Origin: Thermoplasmata archaeon
Lineage (GTDB): Archaea; Thermoplasmatota; E2; UBA202; JdFR-43
DNA length: 41,369 nt
Direction of reading: 5' to 3'
Assembly (NCBI GenBank): GCA_008297865.1
Contig: VBQI01000010.1
Span: forward strand, 1 to 41,369
Below, piece by piece: positions 27,372-36,390 of the stretch. Below the pieces are notes generated by a model. It worked only from the letters and a program-made list of their open reading frames with translations, ran no database searches and was not told where the DNA came from. Within the stretch, counting starts at the first letter, position 1, and the number at the start of each line of letters is the position of its first letter. Position numbers and translations under genes: made by a program.

Positions 27372-27710
27372 ATGTTCGTTAAAAGATATGATGAAGTAGA
27401 AAAGGAAGAGGTGAATGAAGAGGGGGCAAAAAATGTGGAGATTCAGTGGCTCATTGATGAAAAAGTTGCACCGAATTTTGCAATGAGAAGATTTACAATA
27501 AAGGAAAATGGCTATACTCCATTACATAAACATGATTGGGAACATGAAGTTTTTGTTTTGCAAGGAGAAGGAGCACTTGTTGATGGAGATGGAAATGAAC
27601 ATCCTTTGAAACCAGGAAATTTTGCACTTGTTGAGCCAAATGAAGTTCATCAATTTAAAAATAAGGGAAAGGAGGATTTTGTATTCCTTTGCCTGATTCC
27701 TTTGAAATGA
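27372..27710 (+). CDS. Small cupin-domain protein (cupin_2-like, metal ligands intact)
   Basis: Cupin motif 1 is PLHKHDWEHEVFVLQGEG. Cupin motif 2 is GNEHPLKPGNFALVEPNEVHQFKN. The protein is 112 aa. Confidence 0.8.
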   Translation: MFVKRYDEVEKEEVNEEGAKNVEIQWLIDEKVAPNFAMRRFTIKENGYTPLHKHDWEHEVFVLQGEGALVDGDGNEHPLKPGNFALVEPNEVHQFKNKGKEDFVFLCLIPLK

Positions 27711-28147
27711 AAACTTTTTTTCTTTCACGAGAAGAAATAAAAAATCCGTTAGTTGATGAAATTAAAAAAATTTGTGTTGGAATAGAAGTAAAACTCCTGA
27801 GCATAAGTGCAAGATATGGAAAAAGAATGCTGATAGCATCAAAAGGGGTTAGCGAGCTGAGCAATTTTGTTGAAGTCGTTGACTATAATCCAGTTAATAA
27901 CATTGCTCTGGTTATAGGAATAGAAGAACCTTGCGATGTAGTGCTTCACTGGCTTATTTATAGAAGAGAAGAAATAAATGCAATAGCTCATTTTACCTGC
28001 AAAGAAGGGAAATATATTGAAGATATAGATACTGCTATGGAAGTAATAAAATCCTTGAAAGATTCAAATTTGGTAGAGCTTGAGGGCTATGGCAAAATTG
28101 CAGTTGGTAAAAGCTTGAGAGAACTAAAGGAAAGGATAAAATGTTAG
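27707..28147 (+). CDS. Short class II aldolase/adducin-fold-like protein (MtnB/FucA-like), degenerate metal site
   Basis: LSISARYGKRMLIASKGV, HWLIYRREEINAIAHFTC and GYGKIAVGKSL are collinear with the FucA/MtnB blocks as I recall them. Its ATG overlaps the cupin stop as ATGA (27707-27710), and it overlaps the mtnA start by 7 nt. An alternative start lies at 27689. Confidence 0.45.
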   Translation: MKTFFLSREEIKNPLVDEIKKICVGIEVKLLSISARYGKRMLIASKGVSELSNFVEVVDYNPVNNIALVIGIEEPCDVVLHWLIYRREEINAIAHFTCKEGKYIEDIDTAMEVIKSLKDSNLVELEGYGKIAVGKSLRELKERIKC

Positions 28148-29082
28148 TAAATGGTAAGGAAATGAGAAGTTTATGGTATGAAGATGAATGTCTTAAGCTC
28201 ATTGATCAACGCAAGTTGCCGGCGAAACTTGAAATTTTTGAAGCGAAAAGTGCTGAAGATGTTGCTTATGCAATAAAAGAAATGGTGGTGAGGGGAGCTC
28301 CTGCCATAGGATGTGCTGCTGCATATGGCGTGGCAATGGCAAAGGATAAGGAAAAGGCTGCAAAAATGCTTAAAGAAACTCGCCCTACTGCCTATGATTT
28401 ATTTTACGCCATCGATTACGTGCTTGAAAAGGCAAGGCAGGGAGAAGATGCCATTAAAGTCGCTGGCGAATATACAGAAGGCATAGTAAAAAAATGCAGG
28501 AAAATTGGAGAGCATGGGAAAAAGCTCATTGGAAAAAATGCGCGCATACTAACGCATTGCAATGCAGGCGCTTTAGCGTGCGTTGATTATGGCACTGCTT
28601 TAGCTCCAATAAGAATGGCAAAAGATATGCAACCTTTTGTATGGGTTGATGAAACTCGTCCTCGTTTACAAGGCTTGCTTACAGCATGGGAATTGGAGCG
28701 GGAGGGAATAGAGCATGCAGTTATAGCAGATAATGCAGCAGGTTATTTCATGCGAAATGGAGAAGTAGATTTAGTTATTGTAGGGGCAGATAGAATAGCT
28801 AAAAGCTATGATGTTGCAAATAAAATAGGAACATATGAGAAAGCAGTCATTGCTAAGGAAAATGGTATTCCATTTTATGTTGCTGCTCCTTTAAGCACTT
28901 TCGATAAAAGAATTGAAAATGGTAGTCAAATAAAAATTGAGGAAAGATGCGGGGAGGAGGTGACGAAAGTATATCCATGGAAGCCACATAGAGTAAGAAA
29001 TCCTGCTTTCGATGTTACACCTGCAAAATATATTACTGGAATAATAACTGAGGAGGGAATAATAGAATTGCAGAAGAAATAG
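28141..29082 (+). CDS. mtnA: S-methyl-5-thioribose-1-phosphate isomerase (MtnA / aIF-2BI family)
   Basis: LIDQRKLP, MVVRGAPAIGCAAAYG, THCNAGALA (catalytic Cys context), VGADRIA (catalytic Asp context) and NPAFDVTPA. Confidence 0.85.
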   Translation: MLVNGKEMRSLWYEDECLKLIDQRKLPAKLEIFEAKSAEDVAYAIKEMVVRGAPAIGCAAAYGVAMAKDKEKAAKMLKETRPTAYDLFYAIDYVLEKARQGEDAIKVAGEYTEGIVKKCRKIGEHGKKLIGKNARILTHCNAGALACVDYGTALAPIRMAKDMQPFVWVDETRPRLQGLLTAWELEREGIEHAVIADNAAGYFMRNGEVDLVIVGADRIAKSYDVANKIGTYEKAVIAKENGIPFYVAAPLSTFDKRIENGSQIKIEERCGEEVTKVYPWKPHRVRNPAFDVTPAKYITGIITEEGIIELQKK

Positions 29083-29102
29083 GTATGTTTATTATTTTCT
29101 TG

Positions 29103-29849
29103 TTATCTCTCTCTTTTCTCTCCAATCTCCTTTGCAGGCACGCCACCATACATTTTTCCCTTTTTCAGCACTTGATTTTTCAGCACCAAGCTTTTAGCTC
29201 CTATGGTAACATCATCTTCAATTACTGCTCCTGGAAAAATGACAGTATCAAGCCCTATTAGGCAGTTATTTCCTATCTTTACTTTCTTTATAATAAGCTT
29301 ATCTTCTACTACATGCCCTGCGATCTTAACATAGCCTCCGAGCAAAGTCTGCTCACCTATCTCCGTTACATATGGGTCATAAATTATTTCTATTCCAGGA
29401 ATTAAACTTGTCTTTCCGATTTTCAATCCGGCAAGCTTTAAAAACAGCATTCGTAACGGAAGGAGCTTAAATATGGCGAGAAGCATTAAGAGAGGGCGAT
29501 ATAACATTGCATGCAGGGCGAGCTTGAAAAAATTTTTATCCTTTATTGATAGCTCGTGTTCACCTTCTTCACATCTTATTCTGAATATTTTTATGAAAAT
29601 GCCAGGCACTATGGACTCGCATACTATAAAAAGTAGAAATTCTGCAACTAAAAAGAAAGGGAAAATTATTATATGAAGCACATTGCCAAAATCAAAAAAG
29701 CGGTAAAAGAAAATAAAGGAAGCAAAACATGGAAGTAAGCCCAAGGAGTAAGCTGTAAATGGAATAAGGAATAGTAGAATAATTCGTGAAATTGAAGTAA
29801 ATGAAAAATCATATTTTTCCATCCCGCCTTTATAGCCTTCTCTTGCCAT
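29103..29849 (-). CDS. Membrane-anchored left-handed beta-helix (hexapeptide-repeat) acyltransferase-like protein
   Basis: The N-terminal ~150 aa are hydrophobic TM segments. The C-terminal hexapeptide repeats are IGEQTLLGGYVKIAGHVV...IGNNCLIGLDTVIFPGAVIEDDVTIGAKSLV. Confidence 0.7.
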   Translation of the reverse strand: MAREGYKGGMEKYDFSFTSISRIILLFLIPFTAYSLGLLPCFASFIFFYRFFDFGNVLHIIIFPFFLVAEFLLFIVCESIVPGIFIKIFRIRCEEGEHELSIKDKNFFKLALHAMLYRPLLMLLAIFKLLPLRMLFLKLAGLKIGKTSLIPGIEIIYDPYVTEIGEQTLLGGYVKIAGHVVEDKLIIKKVKIGNNCLIGLDTVIFPGAVIEDDVTIGAKSLVLKNQVLKKGKMYGGVPAKEIGEKRER

Positions 29850-29909
29850 GATTTGAAAGAATCTCTTCTATATATTTTTGATATGTCTGCACGAATATGG
29901 TTTGTATGA

Positions 29910-30611
29910 TTAAGCATTAATGCTGTCAAGAACCCTTATCTTATTCCTCACATACCTTATACACAAGATAGCAAACAAGATAGCAAGTAAAACGCTTGCA
30001 AATCCTCCAATTAACTCAAATGACACTATGAAATTGTAGGCAGAATGAATGGCTATTGCAATAAAGAAGAAAGGTAGTACAGTTATCAATCTTTTCCCTC
30101 CAAGCAATGCCTTTCCATAGCCATATCCTGTGAAGGCGGTGGCGGAAGCATGCAGAAGGCATCCTCCAATTGTTCTGATAGTAACTAATACTAAAAACAC
30201 CAAAATTCCTTCCGAAAGAAAGGTTATAGAATAAAATAAATTTTCTGTTGCAGAAAAACCCAAGCCAGTAACAGCTCCATAAATCAAACCATCTTCTTCT
30301 TCATTAATTTCTTTTCTTACAGTTTTTAAAAATAAGGCAAGAGGTTTTGTAAATTCCTCTGCAAATGGAGCAATCAAAACAGCCATGGTAAATGAATATG
30401 CATTATAATCATTTATTTTTGAAGCAATGGATATGCCTAGCAACACCTCTAATATAAAAGCTGCGACTATTGCAATTGTTGCTCCCCATAGAAAAGCAGA
30501 GAATATTGCATGCCATGGCTCTTCCTCATATTTTTCAGTATTTCTTATCCATATAGTGTAGGCAATTGCAGGAGAGAATGATATGATGAAAAGTATAATT
30601 AACTTAAGCAT
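29910..30611 (-). CDS. PrsW-family intramembrane protease-like protein
   Basis: Polytopic membrane protein with FAEEFTKP (EExxK) and AIHSAYNF (HxxxN) motifs. Confidence 0.65.
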   Translation of the reverse strand: MLKLIILFIISFSPAIAYTIWIRNTEKYEEEPWHAIFSAFLWGATIAIVAAFILEVLLGISIASKINDYNAYSFTMAVLIAPFAEEFTKPLALFLKTVRKEINEEEDGLIYGAVTGLGFSATENLFYSITFLSEGILVFLVLVTIRTIGGCLLHASATAFTGYGYGKALLGGKRLITVLPFFFIAIAIHSAYNFIVSFELIGGFASVLLAILFAILCIRYVRNKIRVLDSINA

Positions 30612-30691
30612 GAATTGGATTATTTTAGAGTATAAATAATTCTCTTCGGAAAAGAATTTATATATTCTTTATCTTTATCAGTGTGATTAAA

Positions 30692-31474
30692 ATGGATTGG
30701 GGGATGAAAAATCGTTTATCTAGGATAATAAAGGCAGATGGAAAAACTGTTATGCTCGCTGTTGACCATGGTTATTTCCTTGGTCCAACAACTGGCTTAG
30801 AAAAACCATGGGAAACAATAGAGCCATTGGTGCCATATGCAGATTGCTTAATGCTCACTCGTGGGATGCTTCGCAGCTGTGTTCCGCCAGAAGTGGACAT
30901 ACCCATAGTTTTACGTGTTTCAGGAGGAACAAGCATTGTTGGCCCAGAGCTTTTGCATGAAGGAATTATAGCATCGATAGAGGATGCCATCCGCCTTAAT
31001 GTTAGCGGACTAGCTTTCTCCATTCTTGTAGGCGCCGACTATGAGCGGGATACATTACTTGCTTTCTCAGAAATATGTGACATGGGGCAGGAGTATGGCA
31101 TACCAGTGCTCGCAGTTACTGCAGTTGGAAGGGAAATGGTGAGAGATGCAAAATATCTGGCGCTTGCTTCAAGAATTGCTGCTGAAATTGGAGCTCATAT
31201 GGTTAAAACATACTATTGTGAGGATTTCAGAAAAGTAGTTGAAGGCTGTCCAGTGCCAATTGTCATTGCTGGCGGAAAGAAAATACCAGAAAAAGATGCT
31301 TTGCAGATGGCTTATAATGCGATTCAGGAAGGGGCGATAGGTGTTGATATGGGGCGAAACATATTTCAGTCATCTAACCCGCAGGCAATGATTAAAGCAG
31401 TTCGTGCAGTGGTACATGAGAATGCTACGCCAGATGAGGCATATGAGATTTTCCTGAAAGAGGGCAAGGAGTAA
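30692..31474 (+). CDS. Class I aldolase of the DhnA/FbaB/LsrF (DeoC-like) family
   Basis: [40 protein letters not shown] (Schiff-base Lys context), [11 protein letters not shown] and [10 protein letters not shown]. The resemblance to LsrF/DKFP-synthase-type enzymes as I recall them is very close. ATG 30692 is preferred over GTG 30683. Confidence 0.8.
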   Translation: MDWGMKNRLSRIIKADGKTVMLAVDHGYFLGPTTGLEKPWETIEPLVPYADCLMLTRGMLRSCVPPEVDIPIVLRVSGGTSIVGPELLHEGIIASIEDAIRLNVSGLAFSILVGADYERDTLLAFSEICDMGQEYGIPVLAVTAVGREMVRDAKYLALASRIAAEIGAHMVKTYYCEDFRKVVEGCPVPIVIAGGKKIPEKDALQMAYNAIQEGAIGVDMGRNIFQSSNPQAMIKAVRAVVHENATPDEAYEIFLKEGKE

Positions 31475-31481
31475 TCAATGC

Positions 31482-34400
31482 TTATTTTTTCTTTTCCTCG
31501 TATCTTCTTTTCCTCATAAATACAACTATTACTGCAAAAACAAATATAAATAGTTCGAAAGAAGGTATTTCTTTTTCTCCCACTTTTATTGTTTTGGTTA
31601 TAGATGCCACTTCACCATTCATATCTCTTACAGTAAGTGTTACATTATATTTGCCTGCCCTCTTGTATATGTGAGTTGGATTTTCTTCGTATGAGATACT
31701 GCCATCTCCAAAGACCCATTTCCACTCCATAATCTTTCCATCCATGTCAATGGAAAAGTCAGTGAAGTTTATTGCTTCTCCAACTACTGGCTTATCAGGA
31801 GTAAATTCAAAATCTGCTTTTGGTTTTCTATTTTTAACTTCTATCCACTTTTCTATGGTAGTATTGCCGTCGTCATTGTCTCTCACATAAAGAATTATCT
31901 TATATTTGCCTGGTATGGTGAATTTCTGTGTTATGACTTCTCCATAGGAAACATTTAGCACTGTGCCAAGTATATCCATTACTGTCCATGTATAATTTGT
32001 AATGTAGCCATCCATATCATAACTTGAGCCTGCATCAAATTCTGTTGAATTGTAGGAGAAAGGCGATATTGGATACCATGAAAAGTTTGCAAATGGGGGA
32101 AGATTTTTTATGCATACGGTCATAATCTCTGGTTCACTTTCATTTCCTGCCCTATCCTTTACAATTAACGTTACATTGTAGCATCCCGGCTTTTTATACA
32201 TATGCGATGGATTCCGTTCATAGCTTACATTTCCATCTCCAAAATCCCACTCCCACGAGACAATATCTTTTTTGCCATTTTCATCATATGAATTGTCTAT
32301 GAATATAATATCTTCAAAAGAATAAGGTGATAAAGGATAGAAACTAAAGGATGCATTGGGGCTTACATTTGGCATTGGAGCGGCTCCTTCAGAGAAGTTC
32401 ATCAATGGATATTTATCTATGTTTGAATCAATTTCATACGGTATATCGCCTATGCCATCACTTCCACTTTCATTTTGTCCTACCCCGCTAAACAAATCTT
32501 CTCCTGCATAGTCATACCAGTAATTTCCCCCATCTGGATATGGATGATACCATATATTGTTGCCATTTTCTACCGCGTTTTCAACAGTGTTGTATATGAA
32601 ATTATTATGATATATTGTGTTATTCTCTCCTCCCACAATAATACCATATAAATTCTTCCAGAATGAGCAGTTTATGATTTCATTAAACATTCCATTTATT
32701 AATACTCCTCTCTCATTCTTTTGGAAAAGAACTTTTTCAATTATATTGGCTGAACCATTAATGAGGATTCCCACGCTATTATTGTAATATACACCACCAA
32801 ATATTCTGTTATTAGATGAATTTACAATTATGGCATACCTGTTTGCATTCATATAAGAATTTCTCATATCTATAGAAGAATTTTTGCTAACTACCCCTTT
32901 ATCATTCATTGAAAATGTACAGTTTTCAATAATGCCATCCGAGTTAAATGCTCGCAAACCATTAATGTTCTGATAGAATGTTGTATTTGTTATTTTTATA
33001 GAAGATGAGAAAATGTTAATTTCGTCATTTGTAGAAAAATTGCTTCCTTCAGCAATCATGCTACAATTTGAAATGTTTAAGACTATATTATTAGCAAACT
33101 TACTTTTTGTGATATAAAGCGAAGAAGATGTAGCATTTATTGCAGTTGATGAATTTAATATATTACTCTCTTTCAGGAAAAAGGTAGAGGAAATGGTATA
33201 TATTGATAACAAATGAGACAGCGTAGAATTGAAAATTTCAATAGAAGAATCATATGCTTTAATTCCCTCATTTCCCACCATTTTGCTATCACGAATAGAA
33301 GCATCGCTATTATAAAAGACAGCATCTACTACATTCTGCATTGTCTTTATATTTTCTATGCTTACTTTCATGCTATTTTCTATATTCAATGCAATTCCAT
33401 TTTCCTGTAGCGAAACGTTATGAATGGTTAACCTTATCTCTTTACTCTCCATATTGAAAACATTTATTCCCTTCACATTCCCTTTAGCTTTGCAATGGAA
33501 TATAAGCAAGTTAGAAGGTGTTTTACATGATATTCCATTTATATTATCCATTGCTTCTATATGCACAAGAGATATGTCTTCTCCATTTAGAACATATATT
33601 CCATCGACGTTATAACTGAAGTTACCATCGTCCACATATACATTCCTACATTCAACAAGTAAGAGCCCTTCTCCATTATGAAATACATTAAGCCCATTAA
33701 TAAAAATATCCATACAATTAATCAATGCAAAGTATCCATAACTTCCTGAAAACTCCATGCCTGATGCGTTAATGAGATACAAGAAAAGTTTTCCATCAGC
33801 GGTATTGTTTTCGGCGATTGTTTCATAGAAATGCATTAATTTACTCCCCTCCATGTCTAAGTGGTAGCTATTTCCAACGAAAGTATTGCTAAACAATGTA
33901 TTGTATGGAGCTGAGAGTATTTTTAAACCATATGTATTATAGGCAATATAATTCTCCTTTATTAAATTGTGAGAGCTTTCTACAATTATTCCAATTCCAT
34001 TATATTCCGCCGTTGAATTAATAATTGCATTGTTTTCTCCTTTTACTAATATGCCGTTGCTATTTTGCAAAAGAGATACATTAAAAATAGTATTTTCATT
34101 TCTAAGCTCCAAACCATTTTCATTTTCATCAAATGAAACATTAACAATCAAACTGTTCGCTACTTTCATTCCTCTTTCATTTTTATATAAAGAGCAGTTG
34201 TATACTGTGCCATTTGCTAAATATATCCCCAGCACATTGAAAGAAATGTTGCAGTTAAGGATAATGCTATAATTTCCTTTTATTCCAACATTACAACTCA
34301 ATATTGTGCAACCGGAGATGGTACCATTTCCCACTTCTATTCCAGTTTCTGCATCTTTTATTAAGCTATTTCTTATCTCTCCCTGTTCGTATTTAATTCC

Positions 34401-36347
34401 CTTTCCCCCTCCTTCAATATGAAGATTGCTGGCAAAAATATAATTTGAATAAATGGCAATTGTATTATCTTTAAATGTTGCATCATATATGCCGATGGAA
34501 TCAACGGCATATATACCATAATAGTTGTCCTCGATTTTGTTGTATAACAGCAGTGCGTTTATTGCAGAATATATGCCGAAGCCATTTAACGTAATATAAT
34601 TATCATAAATTGTATTACTATTTGCCAGATATATGCCATATGAACATAATTTTATGCTATTATCTGCTATTTCATTATTTTCTCCATGTAAATATAATCC
34701 GTAGAAAGCATTCGAACCCATCTCATTCTCAATAAATCTGTTATCGTTGCCATATACATTTGCACCATATATTCCTCCTTCGATAACATTTCCTATAAAT
34801 TCATTTCCATTTCCATAAATAAGGAGCGATGTATTATATGATGTTATCTCTGTATTTTCTACTTTGCTTCCGTCACCATTTATTATTATTCCAATCTCGT
34901 TATTCGCCAATTTGCAGTTTTGTATGATAGCAAAGTCAGCTGAAATATTAATTCCTGTAGTAGAGTTTGTTATTATTAAATTTGTAATATTTACATTGTT
35001 ATCCTGAATATATAGCGAGCACACCCCTCCACTTACAGTGGCATTTTTTCCTATGATGACAACCCCTTCATCAATGATAACATCTTCGTAATATGTCCCT
35101 TCAAGTACATAGATGACCGTGCCATCTGTAGCTTTATCGACGGCGTCCTGTATATTGTTGAAATGGGTAATGTTCCATCCAGGCGTGCTTTCGTTGAAAT
35201 CATCATCTACATAGAAGTCAGCAATGAAAAGTTTTTTAGATAAACTTGATGTTGCATTGTCATCATCTGTAAGTCTTAAAGTTATGTTATACACGCCTTT
35301 ACTATCCCAAGAATGATTTATCATTGGCTGAGTCGTGTTTTCATCAAATATTCCATCTCCATTCCAATCCCATTCATATCTTATTATTTCTCCATCTAAA
35401 TCATGGGAGGCGGAGGCGTTGAATGTCACGTTCATATATGGCACTGGATATAATGGTGTCCAAGAGAAATTTACAATTGGAGGAATATTAAGAACTGTTA
35501 TAACCTTCTTTATGTCATTGATCGCTCCATTGTCATCGATGGTTGTCAAGCGGACAGTATATTCTCCATTATCTGCATACTTATGTTGTGGATTCTGTTC
35601 ATAGCTTACATTTCCATCTCCAAAATCCCATGTCCAGTTTGCTATGTAGCCGTCTACGTCATAGCTTAAACTTGTAAAATTAATTGTATCCAAATCTGTT
35701 GGATAAACTGGATAATAGGTGAAATCTGTTATTGGCGGATTATTCAGTGTGTTAATTGCCCTTATTGTTGTATTTTTTCCTCCATCATCATCTTCTACAG
35801 TTAAATTAACCAAATATACATCATCTACCGCATATATGTGAAGTGGATTTTGTTTTGTACTTGTATTTCCATCTCCAAAATCCCAGTGCCATGAAACAAT
35901 TTCTCCATCTAAATCATGGGAATAGTCAAGGAACATAATAATATCTCCTTGTCTCTTCCAATAAAATTTTGCAACTGGATTTCTATTTCTGACATCTATT
36001 GTTTGTGTTGATGAGCCTATGGCAATAACTGTTTCATTTTCATAAATAACTACAGTGTGAGTAACATTATATGTTCCTGCTTTTGCATATGTATGATAAA
36101 CCAAGGGGGGTGTATTATAAAGTACGGTTCCGTCACCGAAGTCCCATGAACGATTACACACAAAGTTTGATACATCTTCTCCATTATATGTAGATCTATC
36201 TACAAAAGTAATAGGTTCTAAAGTAAGGGGATAATTTGGATCATATACAAAATCCACTACAAGCCCATCATCAGCTCCAACAACTTGCAACAAGCTTACT
36301 GCCACGAGTGAAACAAAAATAATGCTAAGCACTCCTTTTTTCGCCAT
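31482..36347 (-). CDS. Giant (1621 aa) surface protein: signal peptide, 4 PKD domains, long right-handed parallel beta-helix (NosD/PbH1-like) region, 3-4 PKD domains, PSF-TM-basic tail
   Basis: WDFGDG motifs occur at both ends. The beta-helix begins at NIQDAVDKATDGTVIYVLEGTYYEDVII, is followed by dozens of ~22-aa N/G/I-rich repeats, and ends with GGNYWYDYAG...SDGIGDIPYEI. The tail is IPSFELFIFVFAVIVVFMRKRRYEEKKK. Confidence 0.85.
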   Translation of the reverse strand: MAKKGVLSIIFVSLVAVSLLQVVGADDGLVVDFVYDPNYPLTLEPITFVDRSTYNGEDVSNFVCNRSWDFGDGTVLYNTPPLVYHTYAKAGTYNVTHTVVIYENETVIAIGSSTQTIDVRNRNPVAKFYWKRQGDIIMFLDYSHDLDGEIVSWHWDFGDGNTSTKQNPLHIYAVDDVYLVNLTVEDDDGGKNTTIRAINTLNNPPITDFTYYPVYPTDLDTINFTSLSYDVDGYIANWTWDFGDGNVSYEQNPQHKYADNGEYTVRLTTIDDNGAINDIKKVITVLNIPPIVNFSWTPLYPVPYMNVTFNASASHDLDGEIIRYEWDWNGDGIFDENTTQPMINHSWDSKGVYNITLRLTDDDNATSSLSKKLFIADFYVDDDFNESTPGWNITHFNNIQDAVDKATDGTVIYVLEGTYYEDVIIDEGVVIIGKNATVSGGVCSLYIQDNNVNITNLIITNSTTGINISADFAIIQNCKLANNEIGIIINGDGSKVENTEITSYNTSLLIYGNGNEFIGNVIEGGIYGANVYGNDNRFIENEMGSNAFYGLYLHGENNEIADNSIKLCSYGIYLANSNTIYDNYITLNGFGIYSAINALLLYNKIEDNYYGIYAVDSIGIYDATFKDNTIAIYSNYIFASNLHIEGGGKGIKYEQGEIRNSLIKDAETGIEVGNGTISGCTILSCNVGIKGNYSIILNCNISFNVLGIYLANGTVYNCSLYKNERGMKVANSLIVNVSFDENENGLELRNENTIFNVSLLQNSNGILVKGENNAIINSTAEYNGIGIIVESSHNLIKENYIAYNTYGLKILSAPYNTLFSNTFVGNSYHLDMEGSKLMHFYETIAENNTADGKLFLYLINASGMEFSGSYGYFALINCMDIFINGLNVFHNGEGLLLVECRNVYVDDGNFSYNVDGIYVLNGEDISLVHIEAMDNINGISCKTPSNLLIFHCKAKGNVKGINVFNMESKEIRLTIHNVSLQENGIALNIENSMKVSIENIKTMQNVVDAVFYNSDASIRDSKMVGNEGIKAYDSSIEIFNSTLSHLLSIYTISSTFFLKESNILNSSTAINATSSSLYITKSKFANNIVLNISNCSMIAEGSNFSTNDEINIFSSSIKITNTTFYQNINGLRAFNSDGIIENCTFSMNDKGVVSKNSSIDMRNSYMNANRYAIIVNSSNNRIFGGVYYNNSVGILINGSANIIEKVLFQKNERGVLINGMFNEIINCSFWKNLYGIIVGGENNTIYHNNFIYNTVENAVENGNNIWYHPYPDGGNYWYDYAGEDLFSGVGQNESGSDGIGDIPYEIDSNIDKYPLMNFSEGAAPMPNVSPNASFSFYPLSPYSFEDIIFIDNSYDENGKKDIVSWEWDFGDGNVSYERNPSHMYKKPGCYNVTLIVKDRAGNESEPEIMTVCIKNLPPFANFSWYPISPFSYNSTEFDAGSSYDMDGYITNYTWTVMDILGTVLNVSYGEVITQKFTIPGKYKIILYVRDNDDGNTTIEKWIEVKNRKPKADFEFTPDKPVVGEAINFTDFSIDMDGKIMEWKWVFGDGSISYEENPTHIYKRAGKYNVTLTVRDMNGEVASITKTIKVGEKEIPSFELFIFVFAVIVVFMRKRRYEEKKK

Positions 36348-36390
36348 GATATTTCACCTTAGGTATAATTATTTGATTATTTATAAATTA

